NCBI GenBank assembly: GCA_038279365.1
Contig: JAYODI010000093.1
Coordinates: 1 to 21,824 of the forward strand
DNA length: 21,824 bases
DNA from: Candidatus Latescibacterota bacterium
GTDB lineage: Bacteria > Latescibacterota > UBA2968
Reading direction: 5' to 3'
The notes beneath the pieces were generated by a model, which worked only from the letters and a program-made list of their open reading frames with translations, was not told where the DNA came from and did no database searches. This document shows positions 8,308-17,052 of this stretch, piece after piece. Positions within the stretch are counted from its first letter, which is position 1, and each line of letters starts with the position of its first letter. Position numbers and translations under genes: made by a program.

Positions 8308-9156
8308 ATGAAATTTGGCGTGAATTTGCTTTTATATAATGGGTTGATTGGTGAGGCAGAAATCAAACTGTTTCCCTTGATCAAGGATATTGGTTTTGAT
8401 GGGGTTGAAATTCCGGTTTTTGAGCCGGATAAGATGAATTTGAGACACATTAAAGAAGCGGCAAAAGAGAATGGACTTTTGCTGAGCGTTTCGGGTGCTT
8501 TGGCACAAGGTACGCGTCTTTATGGGGATGACAGTTTGCTGATCAAAAAGGCACAGCATTATCTCTATGGTTTAATTGAGGCAACGGTGGCGTTGGGGAG
8601 TTCACTGATTTGTGGGCCACTTTACAAATGTGTTGGCGACATGGATGCGTCCATTCCATTGGAAGAACAGCGGGCGCAGGTGGCAAAAAACTTGCGACCC
8701 GTTGCCAAAAAAGCAGAGTCTGTGGGGGTGGTGTTGGCCTACGAACCGTTGAACCGATTTGAAACCAATTTGATCAATACGGTTGCACAAGGCATTGAAT
8801 TTTGTAAAGCACAGGAAAGTGCTTCGGCACAGTTGCTTTTGGATACGTTTCATATGCATATTGAAGAAAAGGACACGGCAAAAGCTTTGGCGATTGCTTT
8901 TCAGGAAAATTGTGTCGGACATTTTCATGCATCTGAAAATGATCGAGGAACGGCGGGCAGTGGGCAGGTGCATTGGGATCGTGTGGGGGAGACGTTGAAA
9001 GAAAATGGTTATGAAGGTATGGTGGTCTTGGAAAGTTTTTCGATGAAAGTAGAAGAAATTCGAACGGCTGTTTCTTGTTGGCGGCCTTTTTATGATAGCC
9101 CCGAAGCGTTTATGCGCGAGGGGTTACAATTTGTGAAGTCCCTTTTGAAGGTGTGA
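8308..9156 (+). CDS. Sugar phosphate isomerase/epimerase, D-psicose/D-tagatose 3-epimerase family
   Basis: GFDGVEIP, YEPLNRFE, LLDTFHMHIEE, HFHASENDRG..GSG.VHW, LESF (E/D/H/E metal ligands). ATG at 8308 follows AAGAGGTG. Confidence 0.88.
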   Translation: MKFGVNLLLYNGLIGEAEIKLFPLIKDIGFDGVEIPVFEPDKMNLRHIKEAAKENGLLLSVSGALAQGTRLYGDDSLLIKKAQHYLYGLIEATVALGSSLICGPLYKCVGDMDASIPLEEQRAQVAKNLRPVAKKAESVGVVLAYEPLNRFETNLINTVAQGIEFCKAQESASAQLLLDTFHMHIEEKDTAKALAIAFQENCVGHFHASENDRGTAGSGQVHWDRVGETLKENGYEGMVVLESFSMKVEEIRTAVSCWRPFYDSPEAFMREGLQFVKSLLKV

Positions 9157-9168
9157 TTTTGAGGTATT

Positions 9169-10224
9169 ATGGATATCAATATTGTGAAGCGTGAGAAGGT
9201 GAGAATGGGTGTGGTGGGGTGTGGCACGGTTTCAAGCTACGGCCACATTCCTGCAATTGCTCAATCGGATATGGCGGAGTTGGTTGCTTTTGTCGATCCC
9301 AATCGCGAGCGACTTGAGGCGCAGGTGAAGAAGTATAACAAACCTGGGTATGCGCGTTTTGAAGATATGGTTGCGCATGAAAAACTCGATGCGGTGGCGA
9401 TTCCGACCCATCCTGATATTAAGCTGGATATGTGTCGCATTGCGGCGGAGAATGGGTTGCATGCTTTTTGTGAAAAACCGCTGACCGATGATGTGGCACA
9501 GGCCGAAGAACTGCTTCGTGTGATGGACGAAAAGGGATTGTTTGTGGGTGTGTCTTTTGTGTATCGGGGCAAAAAAATTATTCAGCGGATGATGGAACTT
9601 GCAGGTGATGGGGCCATTGGCAAGGTCAAGGCGGTGCATATTCAAAATTTGTGGGATTACCACGGTTTGAGAGATGTGGCGCACCGCGGAGATCGTCGTC
9701 GTCGGGCACTTGAAAATTTGGGCACGTTGGATTGTGGGGTGCATCATCTCGATTTGGCGCGTTATATGAGTGGAGGCAATTTTTCAACCCTTCGGGCAAT
9801 GGGTGATGTGGTTGAAACAGAGAATGTATTTCCCGATCACATTGTGGTTCAGGCGCGTATGGACAATGGGGTGCTCGTTTCCATTGAAGAGAGTGGGGTT
9901 TATGGGTATACGGCCAAAGAGCGGCCTGTTTATGTACAAAGTTATCGTATGATTGGTGAGCGAGGTGTTTTATCGGCTGATCTTGAAAAACATGTGGGTG
10001 ATCCTCCAAAGAGTGAACTCTATGTGATTTCGGGTGAAAAACAATGGTGTGAACATGTGCCTGCTGATAAAGCGTGGGATGAAACGTATGCTCAATTTTT
10101 ACAGATCATTTTGGGCAAGCAACCCGAAAAGACGTTTATTGCCAATGGGCATGATGGTTTGATCAATATGCAAGTTGCAAGAGATGTGATTGCCCAATGT
10201 CAGGCGGGTATGCATGGCGTCTGA
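9169..10224 (+). CDS. Gfo/Idh/MocA family NAD(P)-dependent oxidoreductase
   Basis: GVVGCGTVS Rossmann motif, FCEKPL, LDCGVHHLDL; GAGG RBS. Confidence 0.9.
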   Translation: MDINIVKREKVRMGVVGCGTVSSYGHIPAIAQSDMAELVAFVDPNRERLEAQVKKYNKPGYARFEDMVAHEKLDAVAIPTHPDIKLDMCRIAAENGLHAFCEKPLTDDVAQAEELLRVMDEKGLFVGVSFVYRGKKIIQRMMELAGDGAIGKVKAVHIQNLWDYHGLRDVAHRGDRRRRALENLGTLDCGVHHLDLARYMSGGNFSTLRAMGDVVETENVFPDHIVVQARMDNGVLVSIEESGVYGYTAKERPVYVQSYRMIGERGVLSADLEKHVGDPPKSELYVISGEKQWCEHVPADKAWDETYAQFLQIILGKQPEKTFIANGHDGLINMQVARDVIAQCQAGMHGV

Positions 10225-11416
10225 GCAAATGCGTCAATTGACACGCACAGGTACTTATTACGCCTGTTTTATTGCATTGGGTTTGGTGGTGGCGTCTTTG
10301 GGGCCGACACTGCCTGGGTTGGCAGAGCAAGTGGGGGTGCCGCTTGCAGGGATCAGTTTTTTGTTTGCAACACGGTCGTCGGGTTATTTGGTGGGGTCGT
10401 TTTTGGGTGGGCGCATTTATGATCGATGGCCTGGGCATCCTGTGATGGGTGGGGTGTTGTTGGTGATGGCGGGGGCCATGGCGCTGGTGCCCATGAGTTC
10501 GCATATTGTTATGTGTGCGTTTGTGCTGTTGTTGGTGGGGATTACGGAAGGTATTTTGGATGTGGGTGGCAATGCGTTGTTGGTTTGGAATCATCCAACA
10601 AATCTGGCACCTTATATGAACGGATTGCATTTCTTTTTTGGTGTGGGTGCATTTGTGTCGCCTATTTTGATTGCACAGGCCATGATTTATGGTGGGGGAA
10701 TTACGTGGGCATATTGGTTGTTGGCGTTGTGTATTGCCCCGATTGCATTGGTGCTTTTTAAGTTGCCCAGCCCAGAGATTCAGAAAGACCATACGGAAAT
10801 AACGGGCAAGACACATTCGTTTTTTATTTTTATGATTGCGGCTTGTTTTTTCGTTTTTGTTGGGGCAGAGGTAGGTATTGGTGGATGGATTTATACGTAT
10901 GCGGTCAAACAGGGTATTGCAGATGATAAGACAGCGGCCTACATCACATCTGGGTTTTGGGGCGCGTTGACGCTTGGGCGATTAATAGTGATTCCATTGG
11001 CGGCAAGATTTCGCCCTCGCACCATTATGTTGGTGGATATTGTGGGAGCCATTTTGAGTGTGGGGGTGATGGTGTTGTTTCCCTTGTCTAAGGTTGCCAT
11101 TTGGATAGGTACTATGGGAACGGGACTTTTTATTGCGTCGATGTTTGCCACATTGTTGGCTTTTGCTGGGCGACGCATTGTGATCACGGGGCGAATTACG
11201 GGGTGGTTTTTTGTGGGGTCGAGTTTGGGTGCCATGACGGTGCCGTGGGTGATTGGGCAGTTGTTTGAACGGGTTGGCCCCGAGGTGATGTTGGTGGCTG
11301 TGGGGGGAGATTTGATCATTGCATTGGGCATTTTTATAATTTTATTATGGCAGTCACGCAAGATGCCGTTGCGTGTATCTGTTGACGCTGTTTCGGCACC
11401 CGAGATGGTGCCCTGA
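10214..11416 (+). CDS. MFS transporter (FucP/MFSD4-like sugar porter)
   Basis: About 12 TM segments; SLGPTLPGLA, GILDVGGNALL, NGLHFFFGVGAFVSP, VGAEVGIGGWI, GFWGALTLGRL. Start overlaps the upstream gene by 11 nt. Confidence 0.88.
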   Translation: MASEQMRQLTRTGTYYACFIALGLVVASLGPTLPGLAEQVGVPLAGISFLFATRSSGYLVGSFLGGRIYDRWPGHPVMGGVLLVMAGAMALVPMSSHIVMCAFVLLLVGITEGILDVGGNALLVWNHPTNLAPYMNGLHFFFGVGAFVSPILIAQAMIYGGGITWAYWLLALCIAPIALVLFKLPSPEIQKDHTEITGKTHSFFIFMIAACFFVFVGAEVGIGGWIYTYAVKQGIADDKTAAYITSGFWGALTLGRLIVIPLAARFRPRTIMLVDIVGAILSVGVMVLFPLSKVAIWIGTMGTGLFIASMFATLLAFAGRRIVITGRITGWFFVGSSLGAMTVPWVIGQLFERVGPEVMLVAVGGDLIIALGIFIILLWQSRKMPLRVSVDAVSAPEMVP

Positions 11417-11430
11417 TCATTGGGGTGAGA

Positions 11431-11994
11431 ATGGCTATGAATGTTGTGATTGACGAGATTTTTGATGCGTTTCACCGAAATGGAGGCGCACTTTATGACG
11501 GGGGTGAGGCGGTAACGCAGTTGCAACACGCGTTACAGACGGCCTATTTTATAGCACAAGACGGTGCGCCTGATACACTGATTGCGGCGGCATTGTTGCA
11601 CGATTATGGCCATGTGATGGATGGTGTAGAAGATGATTTAAACAGCCGAGAAGTGGATGGCAAGCACGAAGAAGTGGGCGCGAAATTTTTGGCACAGTAT
11701 TTTGTGCCTGAGGTGACAGAACCCGGGCGTTTACACGTGGCGGCCAAGCGATATCTATGTGCGGTGGATAAAGACTATTTTGGTCAATTGTCACCTGTTT
11801 CTGTACGGAGTTTGGAACTGCAAGGTGGGCCGTTTACACCTGCACAAGTGAAGGCTTTTGAGCGTAATCCACATTATCAAGATGCGGTGCGTGTGCGACG
11901 GTGTGACGAGATGGGGAAAGACCCTCATTTGAAAACTCCTGATTTGGAATATTATCGACCATTTTTAGAAGCGGGATTGAAGGCGAAGGCTTGA
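11431..11994 (+). CDS. HD-domain diiron oxygenase, PhnZ/TmpB-like
   Basis: Y.GEAVTQLQHALQTA, AAALLHDYGH, HEEVGA, LHVAAKRYL, SVRSLELQGGPF, RRCDEMGK match the PhnZ-like HD family. Start could be 11425, 11431 or 11437. Confidence 0.85.
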   Translation: MAMNVVIDEIFDAFHRNGGALYDGGEAVTQLQHALQTAYFIAQDGAPDTLIAAALLHDYGHVMDGVEDDLNSREVDGKHEEVGAKFLAQYFVPEVTEPGRLHVAAKRYLCAVDKDYFGQLSPVSVRSLELQGGPFTPAQVKAFERNPHYQDAVRVRRCDEMGKDPHLKTPDLEYYRPFLEAGLKAKA

Positions 11995-12019
11995 AAATAG
12001 GGCATGAGTTGTTTATCTT
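11991..12019 (+). promoter_or_regulatory. Putative sigma70 promoter for the 78-aa ORF
   Basis: TTGAAA, 17 nt, TATCTT. Confidence 0.4.
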
Positions 12020-12069
12020 TAGTGTTTAGAGTTGGTATGTGTTGAAGCCTTATTTATGGAGATGATATA

Positions 12070-12306
12070 ATGGCCGATACTTATCGCGCTGTTTTAAAAG
12101 ACGACCACTTAGAATGGTTAGATAAGAAGCCTGATAATGCAAATCCTGTAGATGTCACTGTGGTTATTCACACGGTTGCTAACAAGACTTCGCAGGGTGA
12201 AAAAATGGCATTTTATTTAGATAAATTGGCCGAATTAGGCAGTATGGCTCACATATCAGACCCTGTTGCTTGGCAAAAAGAAATTCGTTTGGATCACATG
12301 GATTAA
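12070..12306 (+). CDS. Small hypothetical protein resembling antitoxins found upstream of PIN toxins
   Basis: 78 aa, GGAGA RBS, followed by a terminator. N-terminal TYRAVLKDDHLEWL..VDVTVVI and C-terminal DPVAWQKEIR resemble, from memory, putative VapB-type antitoxins. Confidence 0.6.
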   Translation: MADTYRAVLKDDHLEWLDKKPDNANPVDVTVVIHTVANKTSQGEKMAFYLDKLAELGSMAHISDPVAWQKEIRLDHMD

Positions 12307-12323
12307 AAAATACTGTCATACAG

Positions 12324-12359
12324 AAATCCCTTTGTCAAATCAGGCAAAGGGATTTTTTT
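12324..12359 (+). terminator. Rho-independent terminator
   Basis: Stem AAATCCCTTTG(TC) / (GG)CAAAGGGATTT followed by a T run. Confidence 0.85.
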
Positions 12360-12476
12360 ATGTGATGACCCTGTTTACTTTCCACGTGATTTTTTAGATA
12401 TATATCCCTACTTTGGTCGTTCAGAAATAACCTTTGTTCTTGGAGCTGTCGAGATTGATTTTAAAGGAGCTTTTTA

Positions 12477-13658
12477 ATGATTCGTTTGGGTGTTGTTGGA
12501 CATGGTGGTCGCATAAGCAGTATGATTCGCAATGTGTTTCGCAAGGTTGCGCCTGAGTTGCGTGTTGTGGGTATTGTGGATCCCAATGAAAAAGGTGCTC
12601 GGGCGCGGTTGGATGATTGTGATCAGGAAAATGTGGTGTTTTATAGTTCTTTGGAGCAGATGGTAAAAAAAGGCAAGTTGGATGCACTGGCAATTGGCAC
12701 ACGATGCAATTTGCACGCGCCGATGGCCATCAAGGCGGCGCAATATGGTTTGCCATTGTTTTTGGAAAAACCTGTGGCCATTACCATGCGTCAGGCAACG
12801 GCATTGGAGCGTGCGTTTGAAAAGTCGAAATGTGAAACGGTGGTGAGTTTTCCTTTGCGTGTGTCGCCGCTTTGTGCATTGGCACGGCAATATGTTGAAG
12901 AAGGTGCGGTTGGCAATCCGGTTCATATTACGGCGCTGAACTATGTGCCTTATGGGACGGTATATTGGGAAGCGGGGTATCGCGATTATGGCATTACGGG
13001 TGGTCTGTTTTTGCAAAAAGCCACACATGATTTGGATTATATCAGTTATTTGATGGGGCAACCCATTGTGCGGGTGTCGGCTATGCAAACAGTTGGACAG
13101 GTGTTTGGTGGGAACAAAAAAGCCAACTTGTTTTGCTCAAAATGTCCCGATCAGGAGACGTGTTTGGAAAGCCCACAAAATCGGAAATACAATGGATCGG
13201 GTGGGTCGTTGGGAGATCATCGTTGTGTGTTTGGTCGCGATTGTGGTTCGGTAGAAGATGGCACATTGAATGAAGATTGCTCGAGTGCGCTTTTGGAATT
13301 TGCGTCGGGGGCACATGGTGTGTATACACAAGTATTTTATGCCAGGCGAGATGCGGCGATGCGTGGGGCTACAGTGAGTGGGTATATGGGTACGGTGCAA
13401 TTTGATTGGTATAAAAATGAACTGAATCGGGTGCGTCATCATGCGCCGTTTAGTGCCCTTGAAAAGGCGGGAGAAGGGATGAGTCATTTTGGTGGTGATT
13501 TGGAACTGGGGCGTGATTTTATCGGTGTGATTCAGGGCAAGACCAAATCACGTACGCCAATTGAAACGGGTATTCAAAGTGCCTATGCATGTTTGGCTGC
13601 GCGTGAGTCGGCACAAAAAGGGCGGTATGTGACGGTGCGTCAGGTGGGGCAGGTGTGA
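12477..13658 (+). CDS. Gfo/Idh/MocA family oxidoreductase with a Cys-rich insert
   Basis: LGVVGHGGR, FLEKPVA, GGLFLQKATHDLD; CSKCPDQETC...HRCVF insert; AAGGAG RBS. Confidence 0.88.
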   Translation: MIRLGVVGHGGRISSMIRNVFRKVAPELRVVGIVDPNEKGARARLDDCDQENVVFYSSLEQMVKKGKLDALAIGTRCNLHAPMAIKAAQYGLPLFLEKPVAITMRQATALERAFEKSKCETVVSFPLRVSPLCALARQYVEEGAVGNPVHITALNYVPYGTVYWEAGYRDYGITGGLFLQKATHDLDYISYLMGQPIVRVSAMQTVGQVFGGNKKANLFCSKCPDQETCLESPQNRKYNGSGGSLGDHRCVFGRDCGSVEDGTLNEDCSSALLEFASGAHGVYTQVFYARRDAAMRGATVSGYMGTVQFDWYKNELNRVRHHAPFSALEKAGEGMSHFGGDLELGRDFIGVIQGKTKSRTPIETGIQSAYACLAARESAQKGRYVTVRQVGQV

Positions 13659-13778
13659 TGATTGAGGTGAATAGCGATGTGTTTTTGTCGTGATTGTATG
13701 ACGTGGTTGTTGTGTGCAGGCAAGAGCGAGAATGTATCGTTTTTATGGTTAGATCATTTGTTATGAGTTGGGGAGATA

Positions 13779-14642
13779 ATGGCTGATTTGTATATTCCAA
13801 CGGAAGAAGATATTGCTTTTTTTCAAACCAATGGGTATTGGTTGAGTCCTAAGTTATTTGATGATGACGAATTGGCGAATCTGCGAGAACACCATGCTCG
13901 GGTCATTGCGGGTGAATATGAGACCAAACGCCCACCATTGAGTCGAAATCCAGAGGTGGGTGTGGTTGCCCCATTGGTGCAGGTCAATAATGCGTATTGG
14001 ACAGATGGTACGATTGGTCGTTTGGTCTTGGATGAACGCTTGGGAGCCATTGCAGCGCATTTGGCAGGTGTGAATGGGGTGCGGCTGTGGCATGATCAGT
14101 TGTTGCTCAAACTGCCACAAAGTGATGCACAAAGCAATATTGGTTGGCACCAAGACCAAGAGTATTGGCTGTCTACGGATACTGATTGTGCCATTACGGC
14201 GTGGGTTGCATTTGATGATGTAGACGAAGAAAATGGATGCATGGAAGTGGTGCCTCAAAGCCATACGTGGAATTTGTTGGGCGAGCAACATTTTCGTTTT
14301 AAAAATTTGGAAGAACAAGAAAAGCGTATTGCCGAAAAATCTGGGCGCCCTTTTGAGTCTGTGCCATGCCCATTGCCTGCTGGGTGTGTGAGTTTTCACC
14401 ACAGCTATACCATTCATGGCAGTCGGGCCAACAGATCCGATCGCCCTCGTGTTTCCATTGCAGTACATATGATTCCTGACGGCACACGATTTGTAGGAGG
14501 TACAGAAGGAGAAGGGCATACGAGCAATATTTTGCTACAACCCAAAGATGGTGATTTTTATGCAGGACCCTATTTCCCTGTGATTTATCGCAAAGATGAC
14601 CCATTGGCCAATGTGTGGAAAGCCGGTGTTGTTCACGCCTAA
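13779..14642 (+). CDS. Phytanoyl-CoA dioxygenase (PhyH) family Fe(II)/2OG oxygenase
   Basis: FFQTNGYW, WHDQLLLK, GWHQD..YW, ITAWVAFDDVDEENGCMEVVPQSH, SFHHSYTIHGSRANRSDRPR; GGGAG RBS. Confidence 0.9.
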   Translation: MADLYIPTEEDIAFFQTNGYWLSPKLFDDDELANLREHHARVIAGEYETKRPPLSRNPEVGVVAPLVQVNNAYWTDGTIGRLVLDERLGAIAAHLAGVNGVRLWHDQLLLKLPQSDAQSNIGWHQDQEYWLSTDTDCAITAWVAFDDVDEENGCMEVVPQSHTWNLLGEQHFRFKNLEEQEKRIAEKSGRPFESVPCPLPAGCVSFHHSYTIHGSRANRSDRPRVSIAVHMIPDGTRFVGGTEGEGHTSNILLQPKDGDFYAGPYFPVIYRKDDPLANVWKAGVVHA

Positions 14643-14669
14643 TGGAATAGATTTTTTTAAGGATTGATT

Positions 14670-15464
14670 ATGAAACGGATCGCAAAAACATCAGACGATT
14701 TTTATCAGTGGTGGCATCAAGATGTGAATTTTTTGTTGGATGCGGAATTGTTTGCTTTTGATATGGAGATGCCACCTGCGGAAGAAATTGTGGATGTTTT
14801 GCGAAAAGACCCAAGTGCACGAATACAATTTTTATCGGATGAGTTGAGTGAATTTGAGCAAAATGTTTTGGCCGAAGAATTTAAGTCTGCAAAGCTTGAA
14901 AAAGCAGTAGAGATGTCTTTTAGTTTGGCACATTTTTATTTGCAAAATTTTTATGGCAAAGGGCAATTTTTGCAAGATTTTCAAAAAAAAGTGATGATTC
15001 CTTGGCGCTTGTTTTTAACGGGGTTGGGTTTTACCTGGCAGCGATGTTATCCCATTTTTTTTATTTCGGGCAAAGGATGTAGCTCAACATATCACGTAGA
15101 CATTTCACATGTGCTGGCTTGGCAAGTGCATGGGGTTAAGCACTTTAATGGATTTAAAAGGCCAGAAGATGTGTTGTCTGTAGATAAGGCAGTTAAAGAG
15201 CGCAATGATATTCGACAAAATACACCACCTGAATATGGGATGGATGATGTGTTGTCTTATGCCATGCAACCTGGTGATTTGCTTTGGAATCAATTGCTTA
15301 CACCACACTGGGTGGTGGCCAGTGATGATGAGATTGCGGTGAGTGTAAATATATCGCATGGCGGAGTGGCTTATCGCGGAGAATATTGCTTGCGTGAACA
15401 GGCTTTGCGAAAGCGTTGGGAGATTCATCCTGAAGAAGCGTGGTTGGTAGACGAACGGTATTGA
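14670..15464 (+). CDS. JmjC/cupin-like Fe(II)/2OG-dependent oxygenase (putative)
   Basis: FFISGKGCSSTYHVD (HxD), WQVHGVKHF, MQPGDLLW...PHWV, AVSVNIS follow the JmjC/Cupin_4 pattern. AAGGA precedes the ATG at 14670. Confidence 0.72.
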   Translation: MKRIAKTSDDFYQWWHQDVNFLLDAELFAFDMEMPPAEEIVDVLRKDPSARIQFLSDELSEFEQNVLAEEFKSAKLEKAVEMSFSLAHFYLQNFYGKGQFLQDFQKKVMIPWRLFLTGLGFTWQRCYPIFFISGKGCSSTYHVDISHVLAWQVHGVKHFNGFKRPEDVLSVDKAVKERNDIRQNTPPEYGMDDVLSYAMQPGDLLWNQLLTPHWVVASDDEIAVSVNISHGGVAYRGEYCLREQALRKRWEIHPEEAWLVDERY

Positions 15465-15494
15465 TATGGGGTGTGAGGATTTTGGTCGTTCGTT

Positions 15495-15523
15495 TTGACA
15501 AGGAATGGTTTAACGTGTATTTT
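15495..15523 (+). promoter_or_regulatory. Putative sigma70 promoter for the cyclophilin gene
   Basis: TTGACA, 17 nt, TATTTT in the intergenic gap. Confidence 0.5.
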
Positions 15524-15637
15524 GAAAAGATAAATGACAGCCGGATATCCAATTAGTGGGTATCTATTACGTTTTATGATTGCCGTTTGCTGCATGCATT
15601 GGTGCAGTTTTACGGTTTATGGATAAAGGAGTGTTGC

Positions 15638-16126
15638 ATGGTTGTTTTTGAAACATCACACGGTACAATAAAGTTGGAAATGTTTCCCGAAGAGGCACCT
15701 GTTTCGGTAGAGAATTTTTTGCAATATGTGGATGATGGTCATTTTGATGGCACCATTTTTCACCGTGTGATGCCTGGATTTGTGATTCAAGGGGGTGGGT
15801 TTACTGCCGAGATGGAGCAAAAGCCAACGCGTGCACCCATTAAGAATGAGGCAGATAATGGATTAAAGAATGAGCGTGGTGCATTGTCTATGGCCCGTAC
15901 GCAAGATGTGAACAGTGCCACGTGTCAATTTTTTATCAATTTGGTGGCCAATGAATTTCTCGACCATGGCACGCGCGATTTTGGATATGCTGTTTTTGCC
16001 AAAGTGGTTGAAGGGATGGATGTGGTGGATGAAATTGCCAAAGTACCAACTGGCAACAAAGGTTTTCATCAAAATGTGCCTGTTGAACCTGTGGTGGTTA
16101 CCAGTGCGAAGCGTGTTGAGGCGTAG
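15638..16126 (+). CDS. Cyclophilin-type peptidyl-prolyl cis-trans isomerase (PpiA/PpiB-like)
   Basis: [84 protein letters not shown]; no signal peptide seen. Confidence 0.96.
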   Translation: MVVFETSHGTIKLEMFPEEAPVSVENFLQYVDDGHFDGTIFHRVMPGFVIQGGGFTAEMEQKPTRAPIKNEADNGLKNERGALSMARTQDVNSATCQFFINLVANEFLDHGTRDFGYAVFAKVVEGMDVVDEIAKVPTGNKGFHQNVPVEPVVVTSAKRVEA

Positions 16127-16198
16127 TATGAAACATGATAGGAGATTGCCCATGTCTCGCGATGAGGCTGTATTGCTCGATAGTGTTCGTGAAGTGGT

Positions 16199-17038
16199 AT
16201 GAGGATTTTTGCGATCTCAGATTTGCATGTTGATTTTCGTGAAAATCTTCAATGGGTGAATCGGCTATCTGATTGTGACTACCGCGATGATGTGTTGTTG
16301 ATTGCAGGTGATGTGAGTCATCGGTTGGACCGTGTGACATCGGTTTTTGAAACGCTAAATGAGAAGTTTGCACATCTTTTTTTTGTGCCAGGCAATCACG
16401 ATTTGTGGGTACGAGAAAAAGAGGTTGCAGACTCCATTGAGAAGTTTCATCGGTTGATGGCTGTTTGTGACGACCTTCAGGTGATTACAAAGCCGAAACG
16501 GATGAATGATGTATGGGTTGTGCCTTTGTTGTCGTGGTACCGGTTGCCTGAGTGGGGGGCAGACTCTTTGTTTGTACCCAAAGATGGCGAAGATCCATCG
16601 TTGCGTATGTGGTCAGACAATGTATTTATACAGTGGCCTATAGCTGACAATACGGTGGTAGATTATTTTTTAGATTTGAATACTTTTCACATTTCCAAAC
16701 GGGTGAATGATATGCCCGTGTTGACAATGAGCCATTTTTTGCCACGGCAAGAATTGGTTTTTGGTAACGCTGTCGAACGTCAAAAAATGCGCCCGGGTTC
16801 GCGAGATCCGCATCCGGGTTTTAATTTTAGCCGTGTTGCAGGTACATCGTTGTTGGATGATCAAATCCGTACATGGGGTGCACACCTTCATGTCTATGGT
16901 CATCAACATCGCAATCGAGATCGCGTTTTAGATGGTGTGCGTTATGTGTCGCATTGTTTGGGTTATCGGCGTGAGCGTGTTTGGAACCTTGTGTGTCACT
17001 TGGACGAAGGGCCAAAGCAGATTTGGCCATTTATGTAA
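16199..17038 (+). CDS. Calcineurin-like metallophosphoesterase
   Basis: AISDLH, IAGDV, VPGNHDLW, SHFLP, VYGHQH motifs. Confidence 0.88.
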   Translation: MRIFAISDLHVDFRENLQWVNRLSDCDYRDDVLLIAGDVSHRLDRVTSVFETLNEKFAHLFFVPGNHDLWVREKEVADSIEKFHRLMAVCDDLQVITKPKRMNDVWVVPLLSWYRLPEWGADSLFVPKDGEDPSLRMWSDNVFIQWPIADNTVVDYFLDLNTFHISKRVNDMPVLTMSHFLPRQELVFGNAVERQKMRPGSRDPHPGFNFSRVAGTSLLDDQIRTWGAHLHVYGHQHRNRDRVLDGVRYVSHCLGYRRERVWNLVCHLDEGPKQIWPFM

Positions 17039-17052
17039 ACTGGAGGAAGCGC

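Noticed and set aside
11431..11994. Assigning the symbol phnZ, or treating it as a defence-type HD nuclease
   Set aside because: Family motifs fit a PhnZ-like oxygenase rather than a Cas3-type HD domain, but substrate and orthology cannot be established without a search.
10163..14604. Long antisense ORFs (e.g. 10163-10816, 10939-11529, 12474-13088, 13854-14519)
   Set aside because: Shadows of well-supported plus-strand genes; H/T/Q/P-rich as expected from the strand bias; no motifs.
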